A DNA stretch of 39,443 bases from a virus (lineage: Duplodnaviria > Caudoviricetes): positions 1-39,443 of IMG/VR virus record IMGVR_UViG_3300009183_000020; one strand, written 5' to 3'. Under the pieces are notes generated by a model. That model saw nothing but the letters and a program-made list of their open reading frames with translations, ran no database searches and was not told the DNA's origin. The translations under genes and the position numbers were made by a program. Of the stretch, positions 27,590 through 36,288 are shown in pieces (within the stretch, counting starts at the first letter, position 1; every line of letters begins with the position of its first letter).

Positions 27590-28446
27590 AGCTATACTCC
27601 TCATTCAATAATTATTGGTTAGAAATGCTCGGAACATTAGTTCGTGTAGGTAATGACGTAGAAGTCCGTGGAAATAAGACTAAGGAACTTCTCGGCGATA
27701 CAGCCTGCTTTCCGATGTCGAAGCCTTTTCTCACGGTTCCTGGACGTAGGATCTCTTATGACTTTATGTTCGCTGAGGCATGGTGGATACTTGCCGGCGA
27801 GAACAGGGTCGATATGCTTCTTGAGTTTGCTCCGTCATATAAGAAATTCTCTGACGACGGCATTCGTTTGACTGGCGCCTACGGTCCTAAGATTATCGAT
27901 CAGATCTGTTATGCAGTAGATTGCTTAATCAATGATCCTTACTCCCGTCAATCTGTTATCAACATCTGGCGCGAGCGTCCTGGCCCTTCAAAAGATATAC
28001 CCTGCACGTTAAGCGTACAATTCATGATTCGTGATGAGCGTATCCAGACATTTGTTACTATGCGCTCTAACGATCTGTGGTTAGGTGCTCCTTACGATGT
28101 AGTTACAATGACTATGCTTACCATTCAGGTTGCAATTGAATTGTATGCCCGTACCGGTAAACTGTATGAGATTGGTTACATGCACCACACCGCTGCATCT
28201 CGCCATATCTACTTTAAGGATCTAGAGAAGGCCAAATCTGTAATTTCTTCAGAGCAGTATACACCTACACCGGATCCAGAGGCGAAGATAAATTTAAAGA
28301 GCCTGTGCACGTCTCTTGGAGATTCCCTGAACTTTCAGAGGGTGCTATATTCAAGGATAGATAAAGCAAATAACGAATTGCTTTATGATACTGGATTCTC
28401 AACACTACACCCCTGGATATTATATGGTCTCACCAATGCTCGCTAA
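27586..28446 (+). CDS. Thymidylate synthase homolog of the dCMP-modifying type (dCMP hydroxymethylase/methylase/hydroxylase-like)
   Basis: AE..WIL.G, GAYGP, SRQ.V, catalytic PC (C140), MRSND, SRHIY; Asp171 (PYD) lies 31 residues after the Cys, as T4 gp42 C148/D179, where ThyA has Asn. Confidence 0.88.
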   Translation: MKLYSSFNNYWLEMLGTLVRVGNDVEVRGNKTKELLGDTACFPMSKPFLTVPGRRISYDFMFAEAWWILAGENRVDMLLEFAPSYKKFSDDGIRLTGAYGPKIIDQICYAVDCLINDPYSRQSVINIWRERPGPSKDIPCTLSVQFMIRDERIQTFVTMRSNDLWLGAPYDVVTMTMLTIQVAIELYARTGKLYEIGYMHHTAASRHIYFKDLEKAKSVISSEQYTPTPDPEAKINLKSLCTSLGDSLNFQRVLYSRIDKANNELLYDTGFSTLHPWILYGLTNAR

Positions 28447-29215
28447 AAAGTACTTACCTGATAAACACAATGTTATCGGTTGGTATGCCTCAGAAAAACT
28501 CGATGGAGTCCGTGCCATCTTCGATGGTAAATCATTTTGGACACGAAACGGAAATCGTCTTGATGCTCCTTACCATTTTACTGCCTCGCTGGAAAAGCTT
28601 CCCTTACACGGAAGGTTCCTGGACGGAGAACTTTATATTAGCCGGGGACGCTTCAACGAGTGCAGTGGAATTGTTCGTCGACACGGTGATGAGTGGTGGG
28701 GTATTGAGTTCCACGTTTTCGATCTCATTTCTGAAAGAGACTCGTTTGCAATTCGCAACGACGATCTTAGGATGATGATTGAAGACGCTGACATCCCGCA
28801 TCTTATTCATGTCGAACAAGACATTGTGAAATGCTTGGACGAACTTAGTAACTGGCATAACGAAATCACTCGCCAAGGTGGTGAAGGTATTATGCTCAAG
28901 AATCCACAGTCCATGTATGAGCAAAAGCGGTCATCGCATCTACTAAAGATGAAAGACTTCCATGAAGCAGAATATACCTGCGTCGGTATCGAAAACGGTA
29001 AAGGCAAGTATAATGGAATGATCGGTGCCTTAGTTCTTGCAGTAGGAGATACTGCTGAGAAGACGTTTACTGCTGGTTCAGGACTTAACGATCATGAGAG
29101 ATCAGTTTCACCGCATTATTTCATAGGCCAGAAAATTACCGTAAAGTATTTCGAGTTATCGAAAGACGGCATACCACGCTTCCCAATCTACAAAGGAATA
29201 CGAACAGATAAATGA
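28424..29215 (+). CDS. lig: ATP-dependent DNA ligase, minimal type (probable start MVSPMLAK)
   Basis: SEKLDGVR (motif I), LDGEL, FHVFD, GGEGIML, LLKMK, GSG, G.PRFP. Confidence 0.95.
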   Translation: MVSPMLAKKYLPDKHNVIGWYASEKLDGVRAIFDGKSFWTRNGNRLDAPYHFTASLEKLPLHGRFLDGELYISRGRFNECSGIVRRHGDEWWGIEFHVFDLISERDSFAIRNDDLRMMIEDADIPHLIHVEQDIVKCLDELSNWHNEITRQGGEGIMLKNPQSMYEQKRSSHLLKMKDFHEAEYTCVGIENGKGKYNGMIGALVLAVGDTAEKTFTAGSGLNDHERSVSPHYFIGQKITVKYFELSKDGIPRFPIYKGIRTDK

Positions 29216-29382
29216 GAATAATCTATTGCCATAAATGTCGTGACTATAAGCGTGCCTATGAAGGTCGTGTAGAATGCATGGACTGTACTAAAGCACGCAG
29301 CAAAGAAAACCACTTTAAAAACCACGTTCATCGGTTACAATATCTAAAAGATTACTACCATCGTAACAAAGCAAATGCGTAA
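29212..29382 (+). CDS. 56-aa basic zinc-finger microprotein
   Basis: Below the ORF-track cutoff; MRIIYCHKCRDYKRAYEGRVECMDCTKARSK...; ATGA overlap with the ligase stop, and its end overlaps the polymerase start. Confidence 0.7.
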   Translation: MRIIYCHKCRDYKRAYEGRVECMDCTKARSKENHFKNHVHRLQYLKDYYHRNKANA

Positions 29383-31285
29383 ACACAAAGACATACCAGG
29401 GCAAATGCCTTTATGGGAACCACCATCAGAATGGCGTTGTCCAAAAGAGTTTCCTAACATTAATAACGTAGATCTAATCGGCTTTGACGTCGAGACTAAG
29501 GATCCACATCTTAAATCTAAGGGTCCAGGCTTCATACGAGGTGATGCCAAGGTGGTCGGGTTCTCCATGTCAACAGGTGATGCCAGCTGGTATTTCCCGT
29601 TTGACCATGAGTATGGCAAGCAACATCAAATGCCTCGCGAATCATGCCTCAAGTTCTTAGAATCTATAGTCGGTGATACCTCCAAGACCCTTGTAGGAGC
29701 CAACACGATGTATGAGCGTGAAGCTATCTGGTCGCTCGGTATTACTTGCAAAGCAAAGATCTTCGACATACAGATTGCTGAGCCACTCATTGACGAAGAA
29801 AAACCTGCGTCACTCGAAGAGATTGCACGACGTCGACTCGGCCAGACTAAAGACGAAGAAAAGCTTAATGAAGCAGCTAAAGACTTCGGTGTAGATCCTA
29901 AAGGCGGATTGTGGATGCTAAGTCCTATCTACGTAGGTGCATACGCCGAATGGGATGCATGGGCACCCGTCCATATCTGGCACCACCAAATGAAAGAGAT
30001 CCGTGAACAGGGTCTTGATGAAGTACTTCAATTGGAACTGGCAATTCAGCCAATACTATGGGAAATGCGACTGCGCGGCATCCCTGTAGATGTAGAAGCA
30101 GCGCGACAATTATCAAAAGAGTATTATGCTAAAGAAAATATTATCACTGAACACCTTGCTGAGGATTACGGCGCCGGTCTCCCGCGCCTCGATATCTGGA
30201 GCGGAGTCTCCCTTAAAATCTATTGCGACCACCACGGATTGCAGTATCCTACCACACCAAAAGGCAATCCTTCATTTACTAAAGAGTTCCTTGAAGGAAG
30301 CAGCTTCCCGTTCCTCAAGAAAGTCCGGGACGCTCGAGAGTATAATCGACTTGCTTCGACATTCATTGACGGTTGGATTGTCGGAAATCAAATCAATGGA
30401 TGGGTTCACCCACAATGGAAGCAGCTGGCTTCTGATGATGGAGGAACTAGGACTGGGCGTATGGCAGCTTCAAATCCAAATCCGCAACAGGTCCCTTCCA
30501 GATCTAAGTCGGGTAAACGTATTAGAGGATTATTCTGTGCTCCTAGTGGATCGTCGTGGGCCAAGCTCGATTACTCGCAGCAGGAGCCTAGAATTCTCAT
30601 CGGTTTTGCTGAGAGAATGGGCTTGCCCGGCGCGGCTGATGCAGCCCAAGTCTACCGAGATAATCCTGACCAGGACTTCTACAATCTTATGGTCCAACTC
30701 GCCTCTGTCGAACGACCTCAGGCAAAAGATCTTTACCTCGGAAGATGCTATGGTATGGGCATCGACAAACTTGCAGCCAAACTCCGCTGTGACCATATCA
30801 AAGCTCGTGCCATCCTTGATCAATTCGACCTGCACGTTCCATTCGTTAAACAACTAGGAGAAAAGTGCGAGCAAGCCGCTCAAAATCGTGGGTTCATTAA
30901 GACCCTGTCTGGTCGTCGTCGACACTTTAACATGTGGGAACCCGCTAACTTCGGTGCTGCATGTAAAGTTGCTGACGATTGCTGGCCAGTAGATACTCGT
31001 GAGTTAGCACTAGAAAAGTGGAAAGGCGTAGCAATACGTCGTGCTGATACACGCAAGGCACTTAACGCACTGATCCAAGGATCTGCGGCAGACATGACTA
31101 AGTTTGCCATGCTTAAAGTGTTTAACGAACTAGGGCATATACCTTATATGCAAGTTCATGACGAGCTTAACTACCCTGTATCAAGCGAGGAAGAAGCGCA
31201 AGCTATTAAACGGTGTATGGAAACCTGCGTTGACATATCTGTTCCTATTAAAGTAGATCTAGATTACGGCACATCATGGAAGTAA
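29375..31285 (+). CDS. polA: Family A DNA polymerase with 3'-5' exonuclease
   Basis: ExoI FDVET, ExoIII YAEWD, TGR.A..NPN.QQ.P, motif A DYSQQEPR, motif B R..AK...LG..YG, motif C VHDEL. Confidence 0.97.
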   Translation: MRKHKDIPGQMPLWEPPSEWRCPKEFPNINNVDLIGFDVETKDPHLKSKGPGFIRGDAKVVGFSMSTGDASWYFPFDHEYGKQHQMPRESCLKFLESIVGDTSKTLVGANTMYEREAIWSLGITCKAKIFDIQIAEPLIDEEKPASLEEIARRRLGQTKDEEKLNEAAKDFGVDPKGGLWMLSPIYVGAYAEWDAWAPVHIWHHQMKEIREQGLDEVLQLELAIQPILWEMRLRGIPVDVEAARQLSKEYYAKENIITEHLAEDYGAGLPRLDIWSGVSLKIYCDHHGLQYPTTPKGNPSFTKEFLEGSSFPFLKKVRDAREYNRLASTFIDGWIVGNQINGWVHPQWKQLASDDGGTRTGRMAASNPNPQQVPSRSKSGKRIRGLFCAPSGSSWAKLDYSQQEPRILIGFAERMGLPGAADAAQVYRDNPDQDFYNLMVQLASVERPQAKDLYLGRCYGMGIDKLAAKLRCDHIKARAILDQFDLHVPFVKQLGEKCEQAAQNRGFIKTLSGRRRHFNMWEPANFGAACKVADDCWPVDTRELALEKWKGVAIRRADTRKALNALIQGSAADMTKFAMLKVFNELGHIPYMQVHDELNYPVSSEEEAQAIKRCMETCVDISVPIKVDLDYGTSWK

Positions 31286-31680
31286 GAGAAACTAAATTCA
31301 GAACATGGCTTAAAAGCCACTTAGCAGTTAAAGGCGCTCATGTAACTAACATTGAGAGTTCTACTAAAAACGGAATCCCTGATACTTATATCCAAATTCC
31401 CAGATGCCAAGGCTTCTGGTTAGAACTAAAGGTTACTACAAAGGTTGATGAACTTCCATTGCTAAGACCTGAGCAAAGGGTGTGGGGTTTAAAACATGTC
31501 AGAGCAAATGGACGAGCTTGGGTGTTAGTCTTCTGTGAAGAGAATCAGATCTGTTCTATTTACAGAAACCCCGTAGAAAAAATTGAGATTGTAGGCGATT
31601 ACTTACGGGTACTTGATTTGCCTATTAAACAATTCTATAAAGGCGAATGTTGGACTATATTAACTAACATGAATCTTTAG
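31276..31680 (+). CDS. PD-(D/E)xK nuclease (VRR-NUC/Holliday junction resolvase-like)
   Basis: E..F, IE...GIPD, FWLELK, LRPEQ..W. Confidence 0.85.
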   Translation: MEVRETKFRTWLKSHLAVKGAHVTNIESSTKNGIPDTYIQIPRCQGFWLELKVTTKVDELPLLRPEQRVWGLKHVRANGRAWVLVFCEENQICSIYRNPVEKIEIVGDYLRVLDLPIKQFYKGECWTILTNMNL

Positions 31681-31717
31681 TATTTACTCTGTTATCACGA
31701 TTGTATATTGTATTATT

Positions 31718-32245
31718 ATGTCGCAACAACTAGACATCGTCGTAAATCCCCTCACGGGCCTTCCTGTAGACGACCAGGAACTTAATTCACTAACTGAGCT
31801 TTGCCTTCGGCAATCTCAATTAGAAGACAGCATCAAGGAAAAAGAGAACCAACTCAAGGAACTCAAGGCAGAACTAGAGCAAGTCTCTACTAAACTTATT
31901 CCAGATAGGATGGACGCACTCGGTATGAAATCACTTACACTCACTAACGGTCGTAAGGTAGAAATCAAACCGTTCTACTACGCTAAAATCCTCGACGGAG
32001 GATTCAAGTGGCTAGATGAAAACGGTCACGGTGGTATCATCAAGACCGAAGCCATCCGCCAGTTCACACGCGATGAGCGTGACTCAGCTCTTGAATTCAT
32101 TCAAGAGAATCCAGGTTTCAGATTATCTGAAAATGTACATCACTCCACGCTTGGCGCATTCGTGCGTGAAGTATATGGCAAGGGTGAAACACTTCCAGAA
32201 GCATTATTCTCCGTATACCAGGGGAGCCGGACAAAGCTCTCCTAA
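31718..32245 (+). CDS. Conserved replication-module protein (coiled coil plus beta domain)
   Basis: IP..M...G.K...L.NG, F.WL.ENGHG.IIK, VH.STL.AFV.E pattern common next to phage PolA genes; function unknown. Confidence 0.7.
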   Translation: MSQQLDIVVNPLTGLPVDDQELNSLTELCLRQSQLEDSIKEKENQLKELKAELEQVSTKLIPDRMDALGMKSLTLTNGRKVEIKPFYYAKILDGGFKWLDENGHGGIIKTEAIRQFTRDERDSALEFIQENPGFRLSENVHHSTLGAFVREVYGKGETLPEALFSVYQGSRTKLS

Positions 32246-32259
32246 CTAAAAACAAAACA

Positions 32260-33042
32260 ATGGCAAAACAAGCAAAACAATCGGACCCTCAAGAGGGTGT
32301 AGCAGCATATAATTGGGAATCCCACGAAGGTCCTAGCGGACTGGAGAATCTTGGTCAACAAGATCTGGGCATTCCAATTCTTACAATCGTACAAAAGGGA
32401 TCTGCTGAATATGATGCAGATCACGTAGACCACGCAAGTAAGGCAATCCCTGGAGTTAAGGTTGGTGACATCATCAACACTGTAACCCGTGAGATCCTAC
32501 ATAGCGAAGGCAAGGACCCTGTACGCGTGACACCTTACTTCTATAAGTTGGTGTATCTCGAATGGCGTCCAAAATCCGCGGGTGGTGGCATCGTCGCTAC
32601 CCATATCAATCCAAACATTCTTAACAGTGCTAAGCGCGATGAGAAGACAGGTAAAGATGTACTGCCTAATGGCAATAACATTGTTACTACTGCTTACTTC
32701 TTTGTTCGTCTTCTGCAAGGTGCAGAATCGATTGGCGATGCACTCATGACTCTTACTAGCACTCAGCTTAAGAAGTCTCGTGTGTGGCTTAACATGATGA
32801 AGACGTTCACTGGTCCTAACGGCAATACGCTTCCCATGTACTCACGCGCTTATTACCTGTCCACTATTCCGGAGTCTAACTCTAAAGGAACGTGGCGTGG
32901 TTGGAAGATTGAGGCTGCTCCACAACCTCATACTGAAGCGAGTCTTATTACAAGTCTCGTTAATGCGGTTCGCGAGACCAATGAGAACTCTAACCTTCTG
33001 ATTGGTAACCAGTCCAATCATATCGAAGAAGACATTCTCTAA
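32260..33042 (+). CDS. Putative single-stranded DNA-binding protein
   Basis: GLEN....DL.IP.L...Q..S, Y.EW.P...GGG, STQLKKSR.W..MM, N.KG.W.GW and acidic C-terminus EEDIL. Confidence 0.65.
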   Translation: MAKQAKQSDPQEGVAAYNWESHEGPSGLENLGQQDLGIPILTIVQKGSAEYDADHVDHASKAIPGVKVGDIINTVTREILHSEGKDPVRVTPYFYKLVYLEWRPKSAGGGIVATHINPNILNSAKRDEKTGKDVLPNGNNIVTTAYFFVRLLQGAESIGDALMTLTSTQLKKSRVWLNMMKTFTGPNGNTLPMYSRAYYLSTIPESNSKGTWRGWKIEAAPQPHTEASLITSLVNAVRETNENSNLLIGNQSNHIEEDIL

Positions 33043-33061
33043 CTAAACCCTTGCTATGCAG

Positions 33062-33096
33062 CCGGCACTGGTGTAATTCGCCAGTGCCGGTTATTA
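33062..33096 (+). terminator. Hairpin/probable terminator
   Basis: Perfect 10-bp stem CCGGCACTGG/CCAGTGCCGG followed by a weak TTATT tail. Confidence 0.7.
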
Positions 33097-33133
33097 GCAC
33101 TCTATATTATTACCGATTATTGTTTATTGTAAT

Positions 33134-34660
33134 ATGCACCCTTACGCTAGCCAGTTTGCTACTATATTCGAAGGATTTGAAAATGCCTATGGCGTTTACA
33201 TGATAAAGAAATCCTCATATGACGAATCAGGTAAAGTTAAGGGCAAGGCTGCTTCATTAGTAGGAGAACCCACTACAGAATTATGGAGCAAACACCTTGA
33301 CGGAGAACAGGGTCTTGGGATAATCCCGATCAACTCCAATAATAAGTGTAGGTTCGGCGCCATTGATGTTGACGACTACGCTGTAACACCCGAGACTATA
33401 GAAGCTCGAGTACGCAAGCACGGCCTACCTCTTGTAGCGTGCAGAACCAAATCAGGTGGTGTACACCTGTACTGTTTTACGACTGATTATATCCCAGCTA
33501 CTATGATGAAGCTGAGGCTCGGAGAATTCGCTTCCATACTCGGTGTGGGCGGATCCGAGATTTTCCCAAAACAATCCGAACTATTAGTAGACCGTGGTGA
33601 TGCCGGTTCATGGATCAACATGCCATACTTTGGTGGATCAAACACTGATCGTTATGCAATTAAAGAAGGTGCGCCTGTCAAAGACATTGGCGAGTTCCTT
33701 AAACTTGTGCAGCACAAGATGGTCGACTCTGAGACCCTAAGTGCCTATGAATCAGCACCTAAAGATCCACTTGGTAAAGACGCTCCTCCATGCTTAAACT
33801 GTTTATGCCATCAAGGATTTCCTGAAGGTACTAGGAATAACGGGTTGATGCAATTAGGTGTTTATGCCATCATGAAAAACCCTGATAAGTGGGCACTCGA
33901 TTTAGATGAGCTTAATAATAAATTCATGGATCCACCTTTGCCTTCTACCGAAGTGCAGGGTGTTATCAAGTCGCTTAAGAAGAAAGAGTACAGATACATG
34001 TGCTCATCGCAACCCATGGCTTCATACTGTAACCGCAACAAGTGTCGCACAGTTAAGTATGGCATTGGACCTTCAACAGGTATGCCGGCTATGGGCACAC
34101 TTACCAAGTACGAGTCCTCTCCACCAGTGTGGTTTATCGACATCGAAGGCGGCGGCCGTATCGAACTAACCACAGATGATCTTCAGAATCCAGTGCGCTT
34201 TCAAAAGGCTTGCATGGATCAAATGAATATCATGCCGCCAGTACTAAAGCGTGAGAACTGGTCTGAGATTGTAGGTTCACTACTTGAGACAGTAAACATC
34301 GTGCACATACCTCATGAGTCCACACCTGCTGGTATGCTTAGATCTTACCTCGAAGACTTCATTAATGTAAAATCATCTGGCCACGGCGAGCGTGATAAAG
34401 ATATTCTTGTTGCTGGTAACGTCTGGATTAACCAAGACTTTGCCCACTTTAGACTACGTGACTTCGTAGATTACCTGACTGTAAGACGCTTTAACGAGTT
34501 CAAGTCTTCTAAGATCGCTGTCATCCTAAAAGATATGAAAGCAGAACACGTGTTCTTTAATATCAAAGGCAAGGGCATTAACTGCTATAAGATCCATGCT
34601 AAAAAATGGATTCAAAAATCTCCTTTCGAAATACCAAAACAGAATGAGTCAATTATCTAA
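33134..34660 (+). CDS. Archaeo-eukaryotic primase (AEP) with PriCT-like domain
   Basis: GAIDVD (DxD), RTKSGGVHLY, EIFPKQ, INMPYF, PPCL...EG.RNN, Cys cluster (YMC..YC...C). Confidence 0.88.
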   Translation: MHPYASQFATIFEGFENAYGVYMIKKSSYDESGKVKGKAASLVGEPTTELWSKHLDGEQGLGIIPINSNNKCRFGAIDVDDYAVTPETIEARVRKHGLPLVACRTKSGGVHLYCFTTDYIPATMMKLRLGEFASILGVGGSEIFPKQSELLVDRGDAGSWINMPYFGGSNTDRYAIKEGAPVKDIGEFLKLVQHKMVDSETLSAYESAPKDPLGKDAPPCLNCLCHQGFPEGTRNNGLMQLGVYAIMKNPDKWALDLDELNNKFMDPPLPSTEVQGVIKSLKKKEYRYMCSSQPMASYCNRNKCRTVKYGIGPSTGMPAMGTLTKYESSPPVWFIDIEGGGRIELTTDDLQNPVRFQKACMDQMNIMPPVLKRENWSEIVGSLLETVNIVHIPHESTPAGMLRSYLEDFINVKSSGHGERDKDILVAGNVWINQDFAHFRLRDFVDYLTVRRFNEFKSSKIAVILKDMKAEHVFFNIKGKGINCYKIHAKKWIQKSPFEIPKQNESII

Positions 34661-36197
34661 TTGGAACCCTAGCAAAGTAAAGCTATTTCTCGGTCCACCT
34701 GGAACAGGTAAGACCACCACCCTGATGCAGCAGTTATCGGACTGCTTGATCTATTATCCTCCTAACAGAATCTGTTTTGTCGCCTTCACAAAGCGTGCAG
34801 CTACTGAAGCAGTCACACGTGCTGCTGAAAAGTTCGGTCTTAGTTCCGAGGATCTTACTTACTTCAGAACTCTACATAGCTTTGCATTCCGCCAGCTCGG
34901 TTACTCTACCAAGATGGTCATGAGTGTAGGCGACTACATTAACATTGCACGTTCTCTAAACTTACATATCTCCTATCGCGGTCTCAAAGACGATGGATCT
35001 TTCCACGGACAGACGAAAGGCGATCGCTTGTTATTCCTTGCTAACCTTGCACGCATCCAGGAAAAGACTATCCAGCAGGTACATGCTGACTGGGTTGACG
35101 AAAACCTAAGTGTGTACGAGATCCAGCAAATGCAGGAAACTATTAACGCCTACAAACTAGAGACAGGCAAGCAGGACTTTACTGACATCATCGAGCAGTT
35201 TATTAAACACGGTAACGTACCACCATTTGACGTTCTATTTGTAGACGAAGCACAGGACTTGTCGCCTATCCAGTGGAGCATGGTTGCTAAATTAGCAGAG
35301 CACACTGGCGAAGTATACGTTGCTGGTGACGATGACCAAGCAATCTTTAAATGGGCTGGTGCAGATGTAAACCAGTTCATCAATCTGCCAGTAGGTAAGA
35401 CTGTAGTTCTTGATCAAAGCTATCGTGTTCCTTCTAAGATAGCAACATGTGCGAATGCAGTCATTAGCCAGGTATCTAACCGCTTGTCTAAAGTGTGGAA
35501 GCCAAGATTAGAACTAGGCGTCGCTAAGTTTATATCAGACATCGACCAACTGGATTTAAGTACAGGGTCTTGGCTATTACTGGCACGTAACTCTTACTTG
35601 CTAAAAACCTATCAAGAGCTTTGTATGCGCAAAGGTTATGTGTTCGAATCTTCTGTCGAGAATCCAATCGACCCTCAACTCCTTGCTGACATCCGTGTAT
35701 GGGAACGCTTACGCAACGGCGGTATAGCTACTGTCTCTCAAGTCTTATCTGTTTATGAGTGGATGACATCACGAGTTGGCGTGCAGTATGGCAAGAAGTC
35801 CAGACTTAAAGAAGCAGATCCAGAGCGTACCATTAACATCCTCGATCTTGAACGTGATTTCGGTTTAATTACTACAGCAATATGGCACGAGGCATTTGAC
35901 CGCATTGACTCTTACCAACGCGAGTATCTACTTACCGCTCTCAAGCGTGGTGAGAAGCTAACTGGCGAGGCGCGCATACGCATTAACACTATCCATGGAG
36001 TTAAAGGCGGCCAGGCAGAAAATGTGGTTGTGTTCATGGACATGGCACAGCGCACCTATCGTGAGTACAAGAATAATCCAGAAGACGAAGCACGTGTCTG
36101 GTATGTAGCACTTACCCGCGCCATCAATGCTCTCTACGTTATACATCCTTCTACGCCTAATCACTATCCCCTAGACACCATCATAAGAGGACACTAG
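34644..36197 (+). CDS. UvrD/Rep-like SF1 helicase (probable start MSQLSN)
   Basis: GPPGTGKTT, AFTKRAA, TLHS, VDEAQD, GDDDQAI, QSYR, TIHGVKGG, YVALTRA. Confidence 0.95.
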   Translation: MSQLSNWNPSKVKLFLGPPGTGKTTTLMQQLSDCLIYYPPNRICFVAFTKRAATEAVTRAAEKFGLSSEDLTYFRTLHSFAFRQLGYSTKMVMSVGDYINIARSLNLHISYRGLKDDGSFHGQTKGDRLLFLANLARIQEKTIQQVHADWVDENLSVYEIQQMQETINAYKLETGKQDFTDIIEQFIKHGNVPPFDVLFVDEAQDLSPIQWSMVAKLAEHTGEVYVAGDDDQAIFKWAGADVNQFINLPVGKTVVLDQSYRVPSKIATCANAVISQVSNRLSKVWKPRLELGVAKFISDIDQLDLSTGSWLLLARNSYLLKTYQELCMRKGYVFESSVENPIDPQLLADIRVWERLRNGGIATVSQVLSVYEWMTSRVGVQYGKKSRLKEADPERTINILDLERDFGLITTAIWHEAFDRIDSYQREYLLTALKRGEKLTGEARIRINTIHGVKGGQAENVVVFMDMAQRTYREYKNNPEDEARVWYVALTRAINALYVIHPSTPNHYPLDTIIRGH

Positions 36198-36288
36198 CGT
36201 CCACGATAAATTATCTATCGTAATCCTAGAGACCACCAGGGATAATATCAATGACATCACACACCCCTTAAATTCCCCGTTAAATACC

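Noticed and set aside
27586-28446. Ordinary thymidylate synthase (thyA) as an auxiliary metabolic gene
   Set aside because: Asp replaces the dUMP-specifying Asn, and PCT/SRHIY replace PCH/D.H.Y, matching dCMP-modifying enzymes.
30126-30857. 243-aa alternative-frame ORF inside polA
   Set aside because: Leu/Ser-rich frame-shift shadow of an intact polymerase; no evidence of function.
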